This document shows positions 38,601-53,118 of a stretch of DNA of 64,000 bases, piece after piece. The notes below the pieces were generated by a model, which was not told the origin of the DNA, did no database searches, and was given only the letters and a program-made list of their open reading frames with translations. This stretch comes from Psilocybe cubensis (Eukaryota), in the NCBI GenBank assembly GCA_017499595.2, contig CM039003.1, positions 1,922,001-1,986,000 of the forward strand, written 5' to 3'. Position 1 is the stretch's first letter. Each line of letters starts with the position of its first letter. Made by a program: the position numbers and the translations under genes.

Positions 38601-39902
38601 TTACAGCCCGCTTGTATATCTCCAACTCTTGCTCAACTTCAACATCCAATATACGCTGTAAATCATAAAAATAAGGGCGTATAATGAGATGTTAAAAATG
38701 CGACACAAACAAGAGTGTCACAGAAGTTGACCCAAAACATCTGAAGTGCCCCTTCCGCTGCCTGATTTCCTGCAAATCTCAATTTTGCTGCTTCCGCAAT
38801 GGCTCGTTCAAAAACCCCTTTAGTGACAAATAAATCTGGGTGTTTGGCGCGTCTTTCATACCCGATGTATTGATGGTATGATTCCAGTGAGCCTTCTGTG
38901 GTTTTCTGCTCGATAGAATTTGTAAGAAAACAAGAACAGAAAGAACGTAGACATTACAATGGCGGTCTCCAAACGATCACGGCGGTCAAAGTTCCGTACA
39001 CTTTGGCTTCGTATCTTCGTGGCTGCCACCAGAATAGATTCATATTCGTGAGGAGGAAGATAATTTGTTGTAAAAGATGAATATGATTGAAGGGTGTCCT
39101 CAATATCTAGTAGAAGAATAAATTTAGGGATAAAGCCACTGTTGCATGGATGGAATATAAACAGACTTGAATGTGGTTGATGAAGACGCTCCAAATGCAA
39201 ATTCTGGACGTATTCAATGAGCTCCGATCTAATGAGGATAAGTTAGCTGCTGTTTCTACAACTGAAAATACCACACCTTTCGTCTTTCGGGGTTTCCTCG
39301 AGCATTCCCAGCTCCCAGTCTCGTTGCAAATCCCATAGCTTGTAACTCTAAGCAATATTATTATGAGTGCCACACAGAATAAACAGTGGTTGAGCATGCC
39401 TCTGTCAGATGTATCACACCCTTCTGTACGACAACGTTGACAGCTTTGCGTGTCCAGGAAGTCGTAAATATCTCTCCAAGTGTTTCGGGCTTAATCACCT
39501 CGCCAGAATTATATAGTGTGTGTCGTTCTATGAGAAATTTGACGTGTTTTTCAAGTATTGGGATAGCTATGTGTCATTTGAGTATACTATACAGGTCACT
39601 CGTGTTGACGTCTCACACAGATAATCATTCTCGGCACGAGCATAGAGAGCAAGCAGTTCCTCAACACCTTCTTCCGTATTGAGATCAACAGACCGTTCTT
39701 TTGCTAGAATTAACGGCAACCAGACTTCATCTCCGACGGCAAGAAACTGGGTCGCCATTTCCATAGCAGACTGAACCTCTGCATCCAATCCTCGTGATTG
39801 AGCCACTCGTATGTGCTGAACATGTCGTGAGATATCGTACGGGGATTCTGCGACAGAATTGAGCGCGTTGCCGAGAGCGTCCAAAGACTCTGATTCGTCC
39901 AT
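35616..39902 (-). CDS. PRP24: U4/U6 recycling factor Prp24/SART3 (HAT repeats, RRMs, Lsm-interaction tail)
   Basis: HAT repeats (LDWPEAIWEAWISFEHLHG), RRMs (STVFVADL, TLYVTNFP, RGFAFVEF) and C-terminal KGQDDFRKML. Confidence 0.9.
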
Positions 39903-40340
39903 AGTCGCGGTTCGAGAAGGACAGTGTGCGCGTCAGTGACATAAGCGACAATGAATAGAGGATGACGTTAGCACTGCCACTGGACTACCTGTCTTCCTCG
40001 ACTGCAATTGTCGGCAGAGATCCTGTTGGACTCGGTTCGTTCCCTTGTCCCCTTCTCTCTCGCATGTCTATCAAAATGGAACTCTCCTGACCACATACTG
40101 CCCGGAATATACGCCTTGTTCCTTTTGTCTCTCTTGTACTTTCCAGGGCCCCCGCCGAGCTAACGCAGGCATTGCCTTACATTTCGGTGAACCCTGGCTC
40201 ATTCTCTCCGATGCTGTTTGCTCCGATGTTTCGCTTGCTTTCCATTCCAAACATCTATGGGATTTTCGCGCACAAGTATATAATGGCAGTGATATTATGA
40301 CGGAATGTGTTGCTTCATCCCTACCTTGTTCATGTAACAT

Positions 40341-41749
40341 ATGCCTCCCCCACATCTGCCCAAATCTCGTCGACCGGAAACATCTATCACTCGCTCGTTG
40401 ATCAACGCTCTGAAGACCACATTAAGTTTCTCGCCGTGTGTCAACGATGTAATTTGCTTGGGGGATAACTGATAACTTATTACTGCCCTAGTTCCTCTCT
40501 GGAACATACCTCTACCCAAGTGCATGATCGTTCAAAGGATACCCGCTCCAAATGCAAACGTATTAGCCGCCCCCGACAGCTTAAACCCGCACCCTCAAAA
40601 AGTACTTCTATCTCGGAACCTCATTTCATTCACCGATTTCCATTCGAAATATTATGTTTGATATTTATTGCTGGCTCCGAGGAAGACACCTTCTTTCCAA
40701 TTACGATTTCCCATGTATGCAGTTCCTGGCGACAAATAGCACTACGCACGCCTGAATTATGGAGACGCATTTCCCTCTCCTCCCCGCAGTCAATGTGGCG
40801 CGAACGTATTCGTCGTGCGCGAGTTTGTTCCATAGATGTCGAGCTCTCATCCGCAAGGCTTCAGGATCTTGATCCATATATGGTCCATTGGTACATGCAA
40901 ATTGTCCTTCCTCACGTACGACGTTGGCGATCTCTCGATGTCAACTTCGCACACCAAGCACATAATCTTGGGAAGGCAACCCTGCTGGGTTTGTCTTCTC
41001 CAGCACCCTTGCTAGAAGAATTATCACTTAGATATAGGGACATTGACGATACTCAAGAATTTCTTCTCTTTGCTGCATTCACCCCACGTTTGCGTCGGTT
41101 GACGGTAGATGGAATACGGCTTGTATGGATGCCTTCTCTGTTTGGAAATCTAAATTTCCTCGATTACACGCACCACGGATTCACCAGCGGACATCAAGCA
41201 GTTCAAGATATGATTTCTGTACTTGCGGTTACCACCAGGATAACCGAACTGCACGTTCTATTTCCTCGAGGACACCTTGCCTGCCTCCCCTCTCGCCGTC
41301 AAATCGTCACTCAACATGTAGTGTTACCCTACTTGAAACAACTTGTCCTCAAAGTCGATGGCTCCGATATTCCGTTCGAAATTGCACATCTGGTTACACT
41401 CATCTCGTCACCCAATATTTCCATCCTTCGACTGATTGATCTAAAACGCGCACACCAGTCATATCAAAGTTTAAAATCCTTTTTCTACGTATACTCCCTA
41501 CCACAGAGTCTGCGTTCCATTTACATTGGACACGCTTGGTACGACCCAAGCATGGTTAACGCCATGATCAATTCACTCCCTCACTTGTGCAAAATTTCTA
41601 TCAGAAGATCGCGTTCTCCAGCACAGGCTTTGGAAATGCATCCTCGAGCAACAGCAATGTTTGGTCCTGCTAATCATACCAACAGAAGAATCTTTTACCC
41701 AGCTCGTTTTGACGACTTTGACATTCAATGTTTCCAACCTAGCAAGTAA
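40341..41749 (+). CDS. F-box protein with LRR-like C-terminus
   Basis: FIHRFPFEILCLIF..ISHVCSSWRQIALRTPELW in the 409-aa ORF. A short first exon from ATG 40341 is inferred through intron ~40436-40491. Confidence 0.85.
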
Positions 41750-42625
41750 CACTGCTATTAGCCAAAAACACTCTCGATTTGGTTAATCCTTTGTATCCAT
41801 TAGTCCATGTATTTTTTAGCTTTTTGCATTTTGTATATCTACAACTTGACTCTCACAATCATCCTTTGGCCACTTTGAACATTGTTGAAGAGGTTTCCCC
41901 TGTTTCTCAAGCCAGAAGGATTAGTTCGACACTGTACAGCCAATCATGTACTTTTCCGGTATAACTCCGCACTGCATGTGACGCGTGACTGACAATGACA
42001 TGGCATATATGCGTTCACTCTATCACCGAGTACATCGCAGCTATCAACAGTTATCTACCGTTGGGTTCTCTCTGATTCTCTCTTTAATACACAGGTCATT
42101 CGTGTTATAGGCAACTGCTGGTCACATTTGATACACGGCCGGACTTGCACAGAATTGAATTCAGAGTGGTCACGATCCGCATGCCTTGCGCTTGCCGGAC
42201 AAAGAAACCTCCAAACCTGCTTTCGGAATTCTCAACGATTTATTAATACAAGAAAACCTATATCAAAAACACTTCGACCGAAACTTTGGGATGCATAATG
42301 ATATGCAGTGGATGTATGATGCATTGAGGTAAAGCTGGGGTCTACGCTTCATTGTCAACCGTTGTTATCCATTTTTGTCTATTTACTTAGAGTGCTGCCC
42401 ACGGGGTGCGCATGGCTTGTTCAAAACACGATATCTCAGTCCTCGCGATCTTCAATAGGGGTCTATATAGCATGGTCATGAGATCTACCGGGCCGATAAT
42501 CACTTCTCATTCTGCGTCCAGTCTCAAGCGATTCCACCATTTATAAACGCGGAGAAAAGTTTGAGGGAGAGAAACATTTCTGCTCCCACCTTTCTTAATA
42601 CCTGGTCATATATCAAGCAATTATC

Positions 42626-43764
42626 ATGTCTGGACCGCAATCTTATCGTCCCCAAACGGCCAATGATCTTTCCGGAAGAGTTGCCCTTGTCACTGGCGGA
42701 GGAACTGGAATCGGTTTAATGATTTCACAAGGATTGGCCGCAGCTGGCGCAAAGGTTTACATAACTGGGCGCCGTGTCGAAGTCCTCGATAAAGTTGTAG
42801 CTTCTTGGGATCGACAAATTGGAGGGGAGATTTTATCGTAGGCCCAGGTTATCGTCGTAATTTCATCGAATTAAAAACTGAATCCTGTTCTTGCTTGCGC
42901 TTTCAGATTGCAAATGGACGTCACCGACAAGGCTAGTATCGAAGCCGCGAAGAAGATTATTGAAGAAAAGGAAGGAAAACTACATATCCTTGTAAACAAG
43001 TCGGCACTATTTTCTCGAGCTAGTTTGGATCTTGTCGTAATGTGGTTTTTAGTGCTGGCCAAGTTGGACCAACCTCAAACTTTCTGAACAATACTTCAGG
43101 CCCCCAGCATAAAGATGCGGAGACCCTTGGAACAGCTTTGTTCAACAACGAGACATTTCAGGGATGGTCCGATTTATATTCAATCAATGCGGCTTCTATT
43201 TTCTTCGTCTCGACAGCCTTCCTCGGTCTGCTTGCCAAAGGATCAGAAGACGTTACCGGATTCTGGTCATGCATCATCAACATCACCAGTATCAGTGGCC
43301 TTACAAAGGTGGCCCAAGAACATGTAAGTAGGGATGTGATAACTCCTGGCTTGCCTATTAACCTTTGCATTTATGCACTAGTTTTGCTACAACAGCGCAA
43401 AAGCAGCTGCCTCGCATTTAACAAGGATGCTTTCGACAGAATTGTCCCTAAAAGGTATTCCTGTGCGGGTGAATGCGATTGCTCCGGGCGTGTATGCTTC
43501 GGAGATGACAGTAGACGTTGTTACCGAAGATTTGGTCGATAAGATTGGAAAGGGTGTCCAGCCTGTGCCCGCTAAACGAGCAGGAACGTGAGTTCAATTT
43601 CGTACACTTATCAAATAGGTGGATTCAAATTTAATGCCTCTCATAGCGGTCAGGAAATGGCAGGAACCGCTGTCTACTTGGCTTCACGAGCGGGTGGATA
43701 TGTTCACGGTCAAGAAATTGTCATCGATGGGGGTTATTTGGCTGTTAACCCCTCAATTGTTTAA
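42626..43764 (+). CDS. Short-chain dehydrogenase/reductase
   Basis: [22 protein letters not shown] (YxxxK), RVNAIAPG and IVIDGG. Confidence 0.93.
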
Positions 43765-44658
43765 CCTGAGTCTTGATGGTGTGAATTTAAAGATTCTCAA
43801 TATTATATCCAGTTGTTCTACGTTGGGATAAGTTATTTACCTTGGAATTCTGTGGATTTTGCGTAAAAATTCGAGCACTTTCGAGGTTACTGCCGGCAAC
43901 TGTACATAATTCTACCCAATTTCAAGCAAGGCTTCTATCAGTTAAGTACGTCTTGCGATGGGCTTGTTCTGTTGGAGGTAGTTTTCGTCAATTGCTTTTT
44001 TCCAATGTTTCATGTGCATCCTTCGGTGTTAGCCAGCCATCTGAGGCAGGGTACCAGTGTACAGTTGCAGCACAGTCTTCTTGCCTCGAGGCAGGCCGCC
44101 TTGCATTTGCCACATCACACTCAGTGACGTGGTCTTTGATACACATACTAAAAGTTGCCCAGCTGAGAGCAATCAAATTTTGGAAACCGTTTTCATCTGA
44201 GTTGAGTATTTAGATTAGCCAGCAGTGATATGTATACGTCAATGTCATGAGAAACGTACTGCTTTTAGTGAGTGTCGTAAACCCATTAAGTGTCATTATC
44301 ATTGTTGATAAAATCTATTCCAACTCGCGATGTCACGTGGACAAATGCAGCGTGCCCGCGTCTTTAACGTGTTGAACACCCCTAGAGCCTCCGTAGTAGC
44401 CTTAGTTAATGTTTGCACGCGTTTTTAAACTAGTTGATATCAGAGATGGGTACTTGACTGATAGCAAGAGATAATAAAGATTAAATCGCTCCAATTACTA
44501 TCTAAAGTCAGAGCACTCAGAGTACTGTTAATTGTGTACAAGTTATTTCGGGCGTGAGAAGCAGGCAGGCTAAGCCGTCTACAGCGGTCAGTATCCCAAG
44601 TTGGAGCCTGCAGCCAGGAAGTTCGACGGCGTTCCATCTTTCCTTCTACCTCCACTCT

Positions 44659-46993
44659 ATGTCTCGTCCGACTCGCAGGCAAGTCCAACAACCTGTTCCT
44701 CAATACGCTTCTGTACCGCAACAGAGTCCATCGCGGGCCAACTCTTATTCACGCACATCCTATCAGCAACAACCTACGGTATCTCAAGTTAGCGGACCTA
44801 GACCTGTAAGGTCAACATCTGCAAGTAGCACCCGTCGGAGCAGTCGACAACAACATGGCCGCAATGTCATTGCAAGAAATGTGGCAAATGGAAACATTGG
44901 AGCAGGATATGGCCCATACTCTGTCTGTCGTTTTCTTTTGTACTGCAGTAACTTCAACGACTTAATCATATTCAACACAGTATCACCCAGAGACGGCACA
45001 AGAATCCGGAGTCTATAACAGCAATCGTTTTAGTGCTACACCTTCAGAAACATCTCTAACCACAGCTCCTCCCCCAAGAGAAAAAGTTCAGCCTACAGTC
45101 ATGCCTACAACAACAACCGTCCCGCAGTATATGTGGGATAAGGATCCGGACATCGATGATGCTCTCCATAATCCTGATCCTCGTGGAGATTCCCAATTTA
45201 CTTTATTCTCTCTTAGAGGATGGGTGAACGCGATCGCAATTTTTCTGATTATTGTGGGATTGATTATATTATTTGCCGGATACCCTGTGATATACCATTA
45301 TACCCATCTTCCACCTCCTATTATTGGATTCAACGCTGGAGGTATCAACGGCAGTGGACAGATACCTGTGCTTCCAAACCTTCCTGGCCTCATTGATCCC
45401 GAGACGCCTCAGTCTGCAATGACGCGCATTGGTTCTGACGGCAAAACCTATGATCTCGCCTTCAGTGACGAGTTCAACACTGACGGGCGAACATTCTATC
45501 CCGGAGAAGATGCTTTCTGGGAAGCTGTAGACTTGAATTATTGGTGCGCGCTCTCCATTTTGTGAATATACAGAACACGGGTTAATTAAGTTTAGGCCGA
45601 CAAACAATGTTGAGTGGTATGATCCATCGGTACAATTTATGACTGCTTTATTCATTTTCAAATCTCTTGCTGATTTTGGGAATGTAGGCAGTCACGACTG
45701 AAAACGGAAAATTGGTTATAACCATGACAGAGCAACAAGTGCACGGCCTCAACTTTCAAAGTGGTGCGTGATATTCAGCTCACTGGTATCTTAAAACAGT
45801 GGAGTTCATCTCGAATATCTAGGCATGGTAACATCGTGGAATAAGATATGCTTTAATACCGGTTACATTGAGGTTTCTATAAGTTTACCTGGAAGCCCAT
45901 CGGCTCCTGGATTGTGGCCTGGGGCGTGGACCTTAGGGAATTTGGTGTGTATTACTTTATGCTTTAACACTTATTCTATGATAATCATGTTCTTTAGGGA
46001 AGAGCTGGATATGGCGCAACGACTGAAGGCACATGGCCTTATAGCTACGATAGTTGCGATGTCGGTACTTATCCGGGTCAGGTTGGGAAAGACGGTGTTC
46101 CTGGTGTGGCGACTACCTCTGGGAATGGAGGAGGGATTTTAAGCCTGCAGCCAGGACAAAAACTATCCGCTTGCACGTGTCCAGGAAGTGACCACCCTGG
46201 CCCTAGTGTAAATGTTGGAAGGGGTGTTCCAGAAATTGACATCATCGAGGCACAGATCGACACCAGCAGAATGCAAGGACAAGCATCGCAAAGTTTCCAG
46301 GTTGCCCCTTACGATGTTGGCTACAAATGGAATAGCAATCCTCCAGCAGCGACCATCGTTGATCCCAGTCAAACGTTCTTTAACAGTTATAGTGGAGGCC
46401 CTTATCAGCAAGCTATGTCAGGGCTGACATACGTCGATAGTCAATTCTACAACGGCACTGCTTATGCACCTTACGGGTTTGAGGTATGGTCTGATCCCAA
46501 AAATCGGGACGATGGGTATATCACCTTTTATTACAATGGTAAAGAGACCTGGAGGGCCACTCCAGCTACCGTGGGACCGGACTCTGAAGCCCAAATTTCT
46601 CAAAGACTGATTTCTGAGGAACCTATGGTACTTACTTTTTACATTTTCTCCTGCTTGTTTACCGATTTATCTTCTCCAGTATGTTATCCTGAACTTAGGC
46701 ATGTCCCCCGATTTCCAGAAACCAGACTTCAAGCATATGCAATTCCCTACTAAGATGTATGTCGACTATGTGCGCATATATCAACGACGTGGAACCAAGA
46801 ACGGCATAACATGTAATCCTCCTAATAGACCCACGACAGACTATATTAATAGGCAAGTGTATTTTACTTTTTCGTTTTACACCCTCTGACAATGATATGA
46901 AGACATATCGTTGCCTACACGAATGCGAATCTTACGACTTGGGCGATGGCTAATGCGACATTCCCTCGCAATTCAAAATACGACGGCTGCTAA
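44659..46993 (+). CDS. KRE6: Kre6/Skn1-family GH16 beta-1,6-glucan synthesis protein
   Basis: Single TM segment, [47 protein letters not shown] and [10 protein letters not shown]. Confidence 0.92.
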
Positions 46994-47622
46994 CGGCCGC
47001 ACTGAACCACTCACGACATCATTTACGCTCACCGTCTACATCTATCCAACTAGCCACCAGGCTACACTTCACATTACGACCGCAATGACCCTGTGTTATT
47101 AATCAGTAGCTCACAAAGTTTGTACTTATCTTGTACAGCTGTACTCTCTATGCTTGCATATCATTGTCCCGCACAATTACTACCTCCAGTGTTGCGACCT
47201 TTTTCCATTGACCCTACAACACTTATTTATTTTCCTTTTTTGCGGCTTTTTGGGCGGTACGAATGGTAAACGAGTAGTCATAGTTTGGCTTAGACGCCGT
47301 GTCTCATGTATATAACAAATCGATAACTGGCTTAACGCGACTGTTGGATTCTTCTGACGATAGTACATACAGTTCCACGCGATGTAAAGCCAATGATATG
47401 TGCAACGAATTTGACGCAGTCATCGGATAAGACCAGGGCGTGTGCTGAGCGCTGAACGGTGAACGAGTCCTTTTGCGAATGTGAAGTAACATTGATCGGG
47501 GTTTCCCAAGCTGACCTTCAATTTGTATAACACCTACCTCATTTCAAAGCGCTGTACAGTGTTCTTACTCCATTCGATAAATACATGATTCCTCGCGCTT
47601 TCACTCTTATGATAAGGCCCTC

Positions 47623-50600
47623 ATGACAACAGCTGACGAACGAAAGCAAATAGGCAGCTTAACAGGCTTGAGGTAAGCAATGCGATCTTGGTATACTTTC
47701 GTGGTCTTCCCTAATGCCCTCTCCGCAAAGCCCCTCCGAGCTCAAGAAGAGAACACCTATTCCGATACATGTTCCCACAAATGTGCTTTCTGTTGTCATA
47801 ACCTGAACCACCCATCATAAATTAACGGTTTCATCTCGCAGAGACCGTCCGGTCAAAATTTCAAGTCACAAACATCTGGCCAAAACCCATTTACGACACA
47901 GTATAGCAAGAAACGTACCGTTAATGAAGATGTGGGCAACCCTACTTCTAAACGAATCCTCACGAATCGATCGCATGCACAAGAACAAGGACCTCCTAGT
48001 AAGCGGCGGAAGATCTCTAACTCAGCATCTTCCATGTTCGAGCAAGGAAGCTCGAAGGGCCGTATATGTGAGTGCTCCAGACTTCATAAACTATGTCAAT
48101 AATCGTCACACTTTCCCCATAGTTAAACCACCACCGCCTCCCCTTGCTCCAGACGACGAAGAACCTACATACGACGTTGATTCCGATGATGCTCATGCTA
48201 TGGGAAAGCAATCCTCTCCAGATCCATTGAACTCTTTATTTCAAGAGTCAGGTCCTTCCCGCATATCCACCAAACACCGATCCAGTATCAATAGTAGATC
48301 AAACAAGGCTAAGCCCATAACTTTCGACGAAACAGATTTTGATATCAGTATCATTCGTGGTCCAGATGAGGAAGAACACGAAACTTTCGACGAAGCAGAT
48401 TATGATCTAAGTACCATTCGTGGCACTAGTACGTACGTCCCGATCATCATCCCCGACGGAAATGATACGGCGTGGGCTCGTAAACGTTTTCAAACTGCCG
48501 AAGACCCCATTGAGGACTCAAGCGACAGTAGTTTTTCTAAATTCCCTGGTACAACCGCTAGTGAACAAAACAATCTCATCGATCCACCATTGAAGATCGA
48601 CCTGGCGAGCAAATTGAAGAAAACACCAGGTGTGGCAAGAAGCATGAAAGGGAAGGTGAGGTATCTTGATTTTATAAAGGTAGTTCTTGATTTATAACAC
48701 ACATAACATTTCTATGCACAAATAAATCTTCTCAGAACCAACGTGTCCCATTACCATTTGAACCTATTGGACGGCTCACGTCAAATACAGACCGAAGACA
48801 AGAGGGTTTTGCTATAGAAGAGGCTTATGTCGGTGAACAATTACACAAAGCTAGTCCTGGACAGAAACTTGATATGTATTTGGATCAACAAGCTCTGCGT
48901 ATCATAGCCAACGACACTACACTGCTTGATATCCCCCTGACCCCCCCGGAACATTGTAAAGAAATTATATTTACTGTAAGTCTGTCTGTCGCAACCCTCC
49001 TATAGTTTTTGTCTAATCTTAGGACCAAGGATTCATATTCAGCACATTTCCCCCCTGTGATACAGCTGAAGAAGAACGACACTGTGCTGACTACAATACG
49101 TTTGGATAAAAAGTGGGATCAATTGAGGTATAACCAACTAAGATCTACCCTGCGAGTGAAAAAAGAACAAGTCATGTAGGTTTCATTCACAAGGTTTCTT
49201 GTTTTAATTTTGAACGTGAACTACTCCAGATCAACTGGAATAAATCCGCTCTGGCAATATGCCACGGCAGGTGCTCCGCCTCAGAATGCTCTCTTAAACC
49301 TCACCTACAAGGAGCAACAAGAAGAACGTATTAGGAGGAGTTTAAGCCTCACCTACGCAGAGCGAGAACAAGAACGTATTAAGAGGAATGCTGCAAAGCT
49401 CGCCGGGTGGAGAACAGCACGGAATGGGCATGGGGGAGATGTTCCGTATTCTGGAAATATTCTCACCATAGGAAGTCGGGGCAAAGAAACCTCATCCACG
49501 AGGCAGGAAGAAGTCTTAAAATCTCCTGTCAAGCCCAGGTAAATATGGAATTCGATTTGTATGAAAAATTCTTATACACCACAGGCCTATCGCTCGACCG
49601 GAGCCACGCCGATCTATGCGCAATACCCCTTCGAAAGAGCAGCCAGACGAATTGTATGTGGACTTATCAGTAGACTGTCACTCATACTTATATTGCGGCA
49701 GGATATTGGTGTACCCTCCTGGGCCAGGTGCCGTAAATATCAATATAAGTGACCTTAATCGTTTAGAGCCCGGGGAATATTTGAACGACACGCTTATAGA
49801 GTTCGGTTTAAAGTTAGTTGCCTAGATTGCAGATATACAGCATTCTTACCAAATTTAGGCTATGGCTCAATAAGCTTGAAACAAAAAATCCGCAACTTGC
49901 GCATCAAATACACATTTTCAACTCTTTTTTCTATAAAAAGTTGAATCAGGGTAAAGAGTAAGTTTTTATTGTGTTGTCGGGCCATATTATTCATTTCAGT
50001 TTTCTTAGCATTCAACAAACCTTTGAAAATATTCGTAAATGGACCTCCAAAATCGACATATTCGAAAAGAAGTATATCATTGTTCCCATTAACGAGAAGT
50101 AAGTTAATTAAATTTGATATTTCTTGCCTCAGTCTTATTGCTGTTAGTTTGCACTGGTATTTGGCCATAATATGCGAGCCTAAATATATTCTATATCCAA
50201 AGACACCCAAATCCTCTGCTTCACGCAAGCAAACTAGGTCAACCGTACAGCCTTCTGTAGTGGCGAATACTCCTGCGGCATCAGAGGACAAAGATGACCA
50301 AACTGTCACCTCGAGCGAGGCTGAAGTTGAGCGTAATCTCAACAATGAATTTCAGAGCTCGTGCGTAATAAATGGCGAGGGCGTCGTTGATTCAAATTTA
50401 CCTATACGAACCGCGGTCGACGAACATGACGCAAATTCACTGACTTCGACAGTTTCTGCAGCAAATAAAGTGGAAGATGGTGTGTTTTCGAGTTCAAGCC
50501 ATGCCAGTCGTCCTGTATTCGAGCGAAATGAATTGCAGTCGCTCGAGAGATCACCGTCTGCATCTGAATCCCGAATGTCTGTTGATAGTATAGAGGAGAT

Positions 50601-51412
50601 TGATGAAGATCTCAATCGCAGACCTATAAGCACCGAACAGTTCTACCAATCTCACCGGACTGACAGGCATTGGAGGGAACGAGCACCACGGGAACCTGAC
50701 ATACTAGTGTTGGACGACTCAGTCAACGAAGTCGTCAATGACGAGCCTGTAGAAGAGTGAGTTTGTTCATTTACTAATTTCCACCAAGTCCAATTCAAAA
50801 CTTTGTGCCAGGACTTTTATATTCATCATGGATTCTCTTGGAACTAAGCACCGCCAAGCTGTCAACAAGCTGACCGCGTATCTAAAGCTGGAAGCAAAGG
50901 ACAAGAAAGGTGTTTCGGATGCAGGCACGGCTAAATCTAAGTTGGCTTCAGTATGTCCTTTTCCTCCTCCTCGTAACAGTTCTAACAAGTAGGTCAGGTG
51001 CCTGTTCAACCTAACTTCTGTGATTGTGGGGTATATTTACTGCACTTTGCTCAGACGTTTATGAGCAACCCTGTCAAATACTCTCAGAGCATTCTGGTGA
51101 GTTTGTGAACTGTGTACAACCTTACAACTTCCTTATTGCTACAACCAGACTCAAAAAAGCAATAATATTCCAAATCATGAGAGACAAAAGATATGGAATG
51201 ATTCCGAAGTGGCTGGAATGCGTGTGACTCTTGCAGAACAAATTCGTCGTCTCGCTGATGAATGGAAAAAAGCCAAGTCTCACGAAATGCAGAATGACGA
51301 AGGAAAACAGGACAATGACGACGACGACGAAGTTAAGATCGTCCATGTTCAAGTCGAAGGAAAGAACAAAGGTGCCAAACTCCTCAAAACCCCTGCCAGA
51401 CGTCTGCGATGA
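47623..51412 (+). CDS. ULP2: Ulp2-like SUMO protease (peptidase C48); 5' exon structure approximate
   Basis: DLNRLEPGEYLNDTLIEFGLK, HIFNSFFYKKL, HWYLAII, DSLG and QPNFCDCGVYLLHF. Confidence 0.85.
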
Positions 51413-51613
51413 TTATATCAATTTAAACATCGGCCACGACCTGTCGGACACACCACCACCACCACGATTGTTACTAAATTACACGTATATACATTAGAAA
51501 ATTATAATAAGCATCATAGTCGAAAAAACCACTTCATCATTTCCACAACAATATCAAGTATGTGTATTGACATTGTGGAATATATAACGGCAAGATTTGC
51601 ATTGAGAAAATGT

Positions 51614-52303
51614 CTACTTTTTCTTAACGCTTTTAATCCGTATCGTTTCATTGCCAACGAAAACACCCTGTACCACGAATTAGAAAAGAAAACTGGCAGG
51701 TAAACATTAACTTACTTTGCCCTTGTATGGCTCAGGTTTTCTATAACCGCGTATTTTGGCGGCGAACAACCCTAGCAGGTGTTTGTCGGTGCAGGACAAG
51801 ACTATCTTAGTAGCTGACGGCACTTCTGCTTTAATGTGGGCGGGAATGGGGACCAACACTGAGTGAGAATAACCCAGCTTCATGTTTAAACGTCTTCCGT
51901 TTCCACCGTCGGTGGTTCCTCTTGGGTCCTCTTCCAACGCTACTCTGTAACCGACTCCGACCAGATAGATAGGCACGGTGAAGCCCTCCGTCATTCCAAT
52001 GATAGCATTTGAAATAAGAGTACGCGTTGTACCCCACATTTGCCTCTGAAGTTTCTCAGCAGAGTTCTCTACAGTGATTTTCATTGTGTCTTGGACAGGG
52101 AATTCGACCTTCATGTACTCCTTCAAAGGGATCGCGGTGGTTCCTAATGGCCCCGTTATTGTGACCTGGGTTGGCGACGGTAAGATTGTAACAGACGGGG
52201 GATATTTTATGGGCTCGCGCCCGATGATAGAGACATTCCTGTATACAGCAGCGGAGGAGCTGAAGCAGCGAGTATAATGAGAGATTGAAGGGCGAATTAT
52301 CAT
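51614..52303 (-). CDS. MRPL6: Mitochondrial ribosomal protein uL6m
   Basis: Presequence-like N-terminus, GPLG, LVGVGYR, LGYSH, RKPEPYKGKG; one intron near the 3' end. Confidence 0.93.
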
Positions 52304-52420
52304 GATTTATGTCCCATGAAGGTTAAGGAAGGCTTAGGTTGGAAAATATAGGTGTTGTTAGGAAAATCTGTATTGGCCAAATTACGCGCACAGCCACAGA
52401 CTAGAGCCAACCAATAACGA

Positions 52421-53118
52421 GAGTCATAGTTCGATTTGTACTATTCGATCGATGGCATCAGTCACGTGAAATGATCTTGTCCCAAATTGAGGAAGATAAG
52501 ATGCTGATCTTGTCTTTTATCTCCGGTCCTCACCGGCGACGTACATGGTTATAGGTCTCCGCAATATTTCAAGGCAGTCCATGATGTATCCCCTTGACAA
52601 AGTGTTAGTATATAGAAATACAACTTATTGTAACTCTCGAACTTGCTCTAATCTTCGTGTAAGAGCTGGATAGACAAATTACACCACAAACTATCAAACA
52701 GATTTTGAAGAAAGAATGAATTCAATTCATTGATTTACATCACGCCCCAGCACTTCCGAATGTTAAAGAAACAGATTTCTTCGTCTAAGACCGATTTTCT
52801 TAATATGTAGCTTTTTACTAATTAAAAAGTGATGCCAAAGCGTCAGTCAGTAAGAGTACTACTACATTCGTAAGTATAATCATCCTGTACGGACTTCAAA
52901 TTGGACTTCGGCACTGCCTGGCAAGTAAGTCTAATGCCTGTCTTACAGGCTTACAACAGTGTGTTACACATTGGTTAAAAATTGGTTAAAAATTCCCTGT
53001 TAAAGCCCCGGCGAGATAACGGAGACTGGCCACCAAGTCCTCCATTTGGGCGTGGAAATTATCCAAATGCGGATATGTGGCCGCCCTGAATCGAATAGTA
53101 CAAATCGAACGTTTCCTC
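52421..53118. mobile_element. Non-autonomous Mutator-like element (MITE), 698 bp
   Basis: 9-bp direct repeat CAATAACGA at 52412-52420 and 53119-53127. Both ends start GAG. A perfect 21-bp inverted repeat lies 8 nt inside each end (52429-52449 and 53090-53110). Confidence 0.8.

Noticed and set aside
52990-53110. RNase MRP/P-like RNA suggested by GC-rich stems and GCCGGGGCTT on the minus strand
   Set aside because: Conserved P4 elements were not found; better explained as the right arm of the Mutator-like element.
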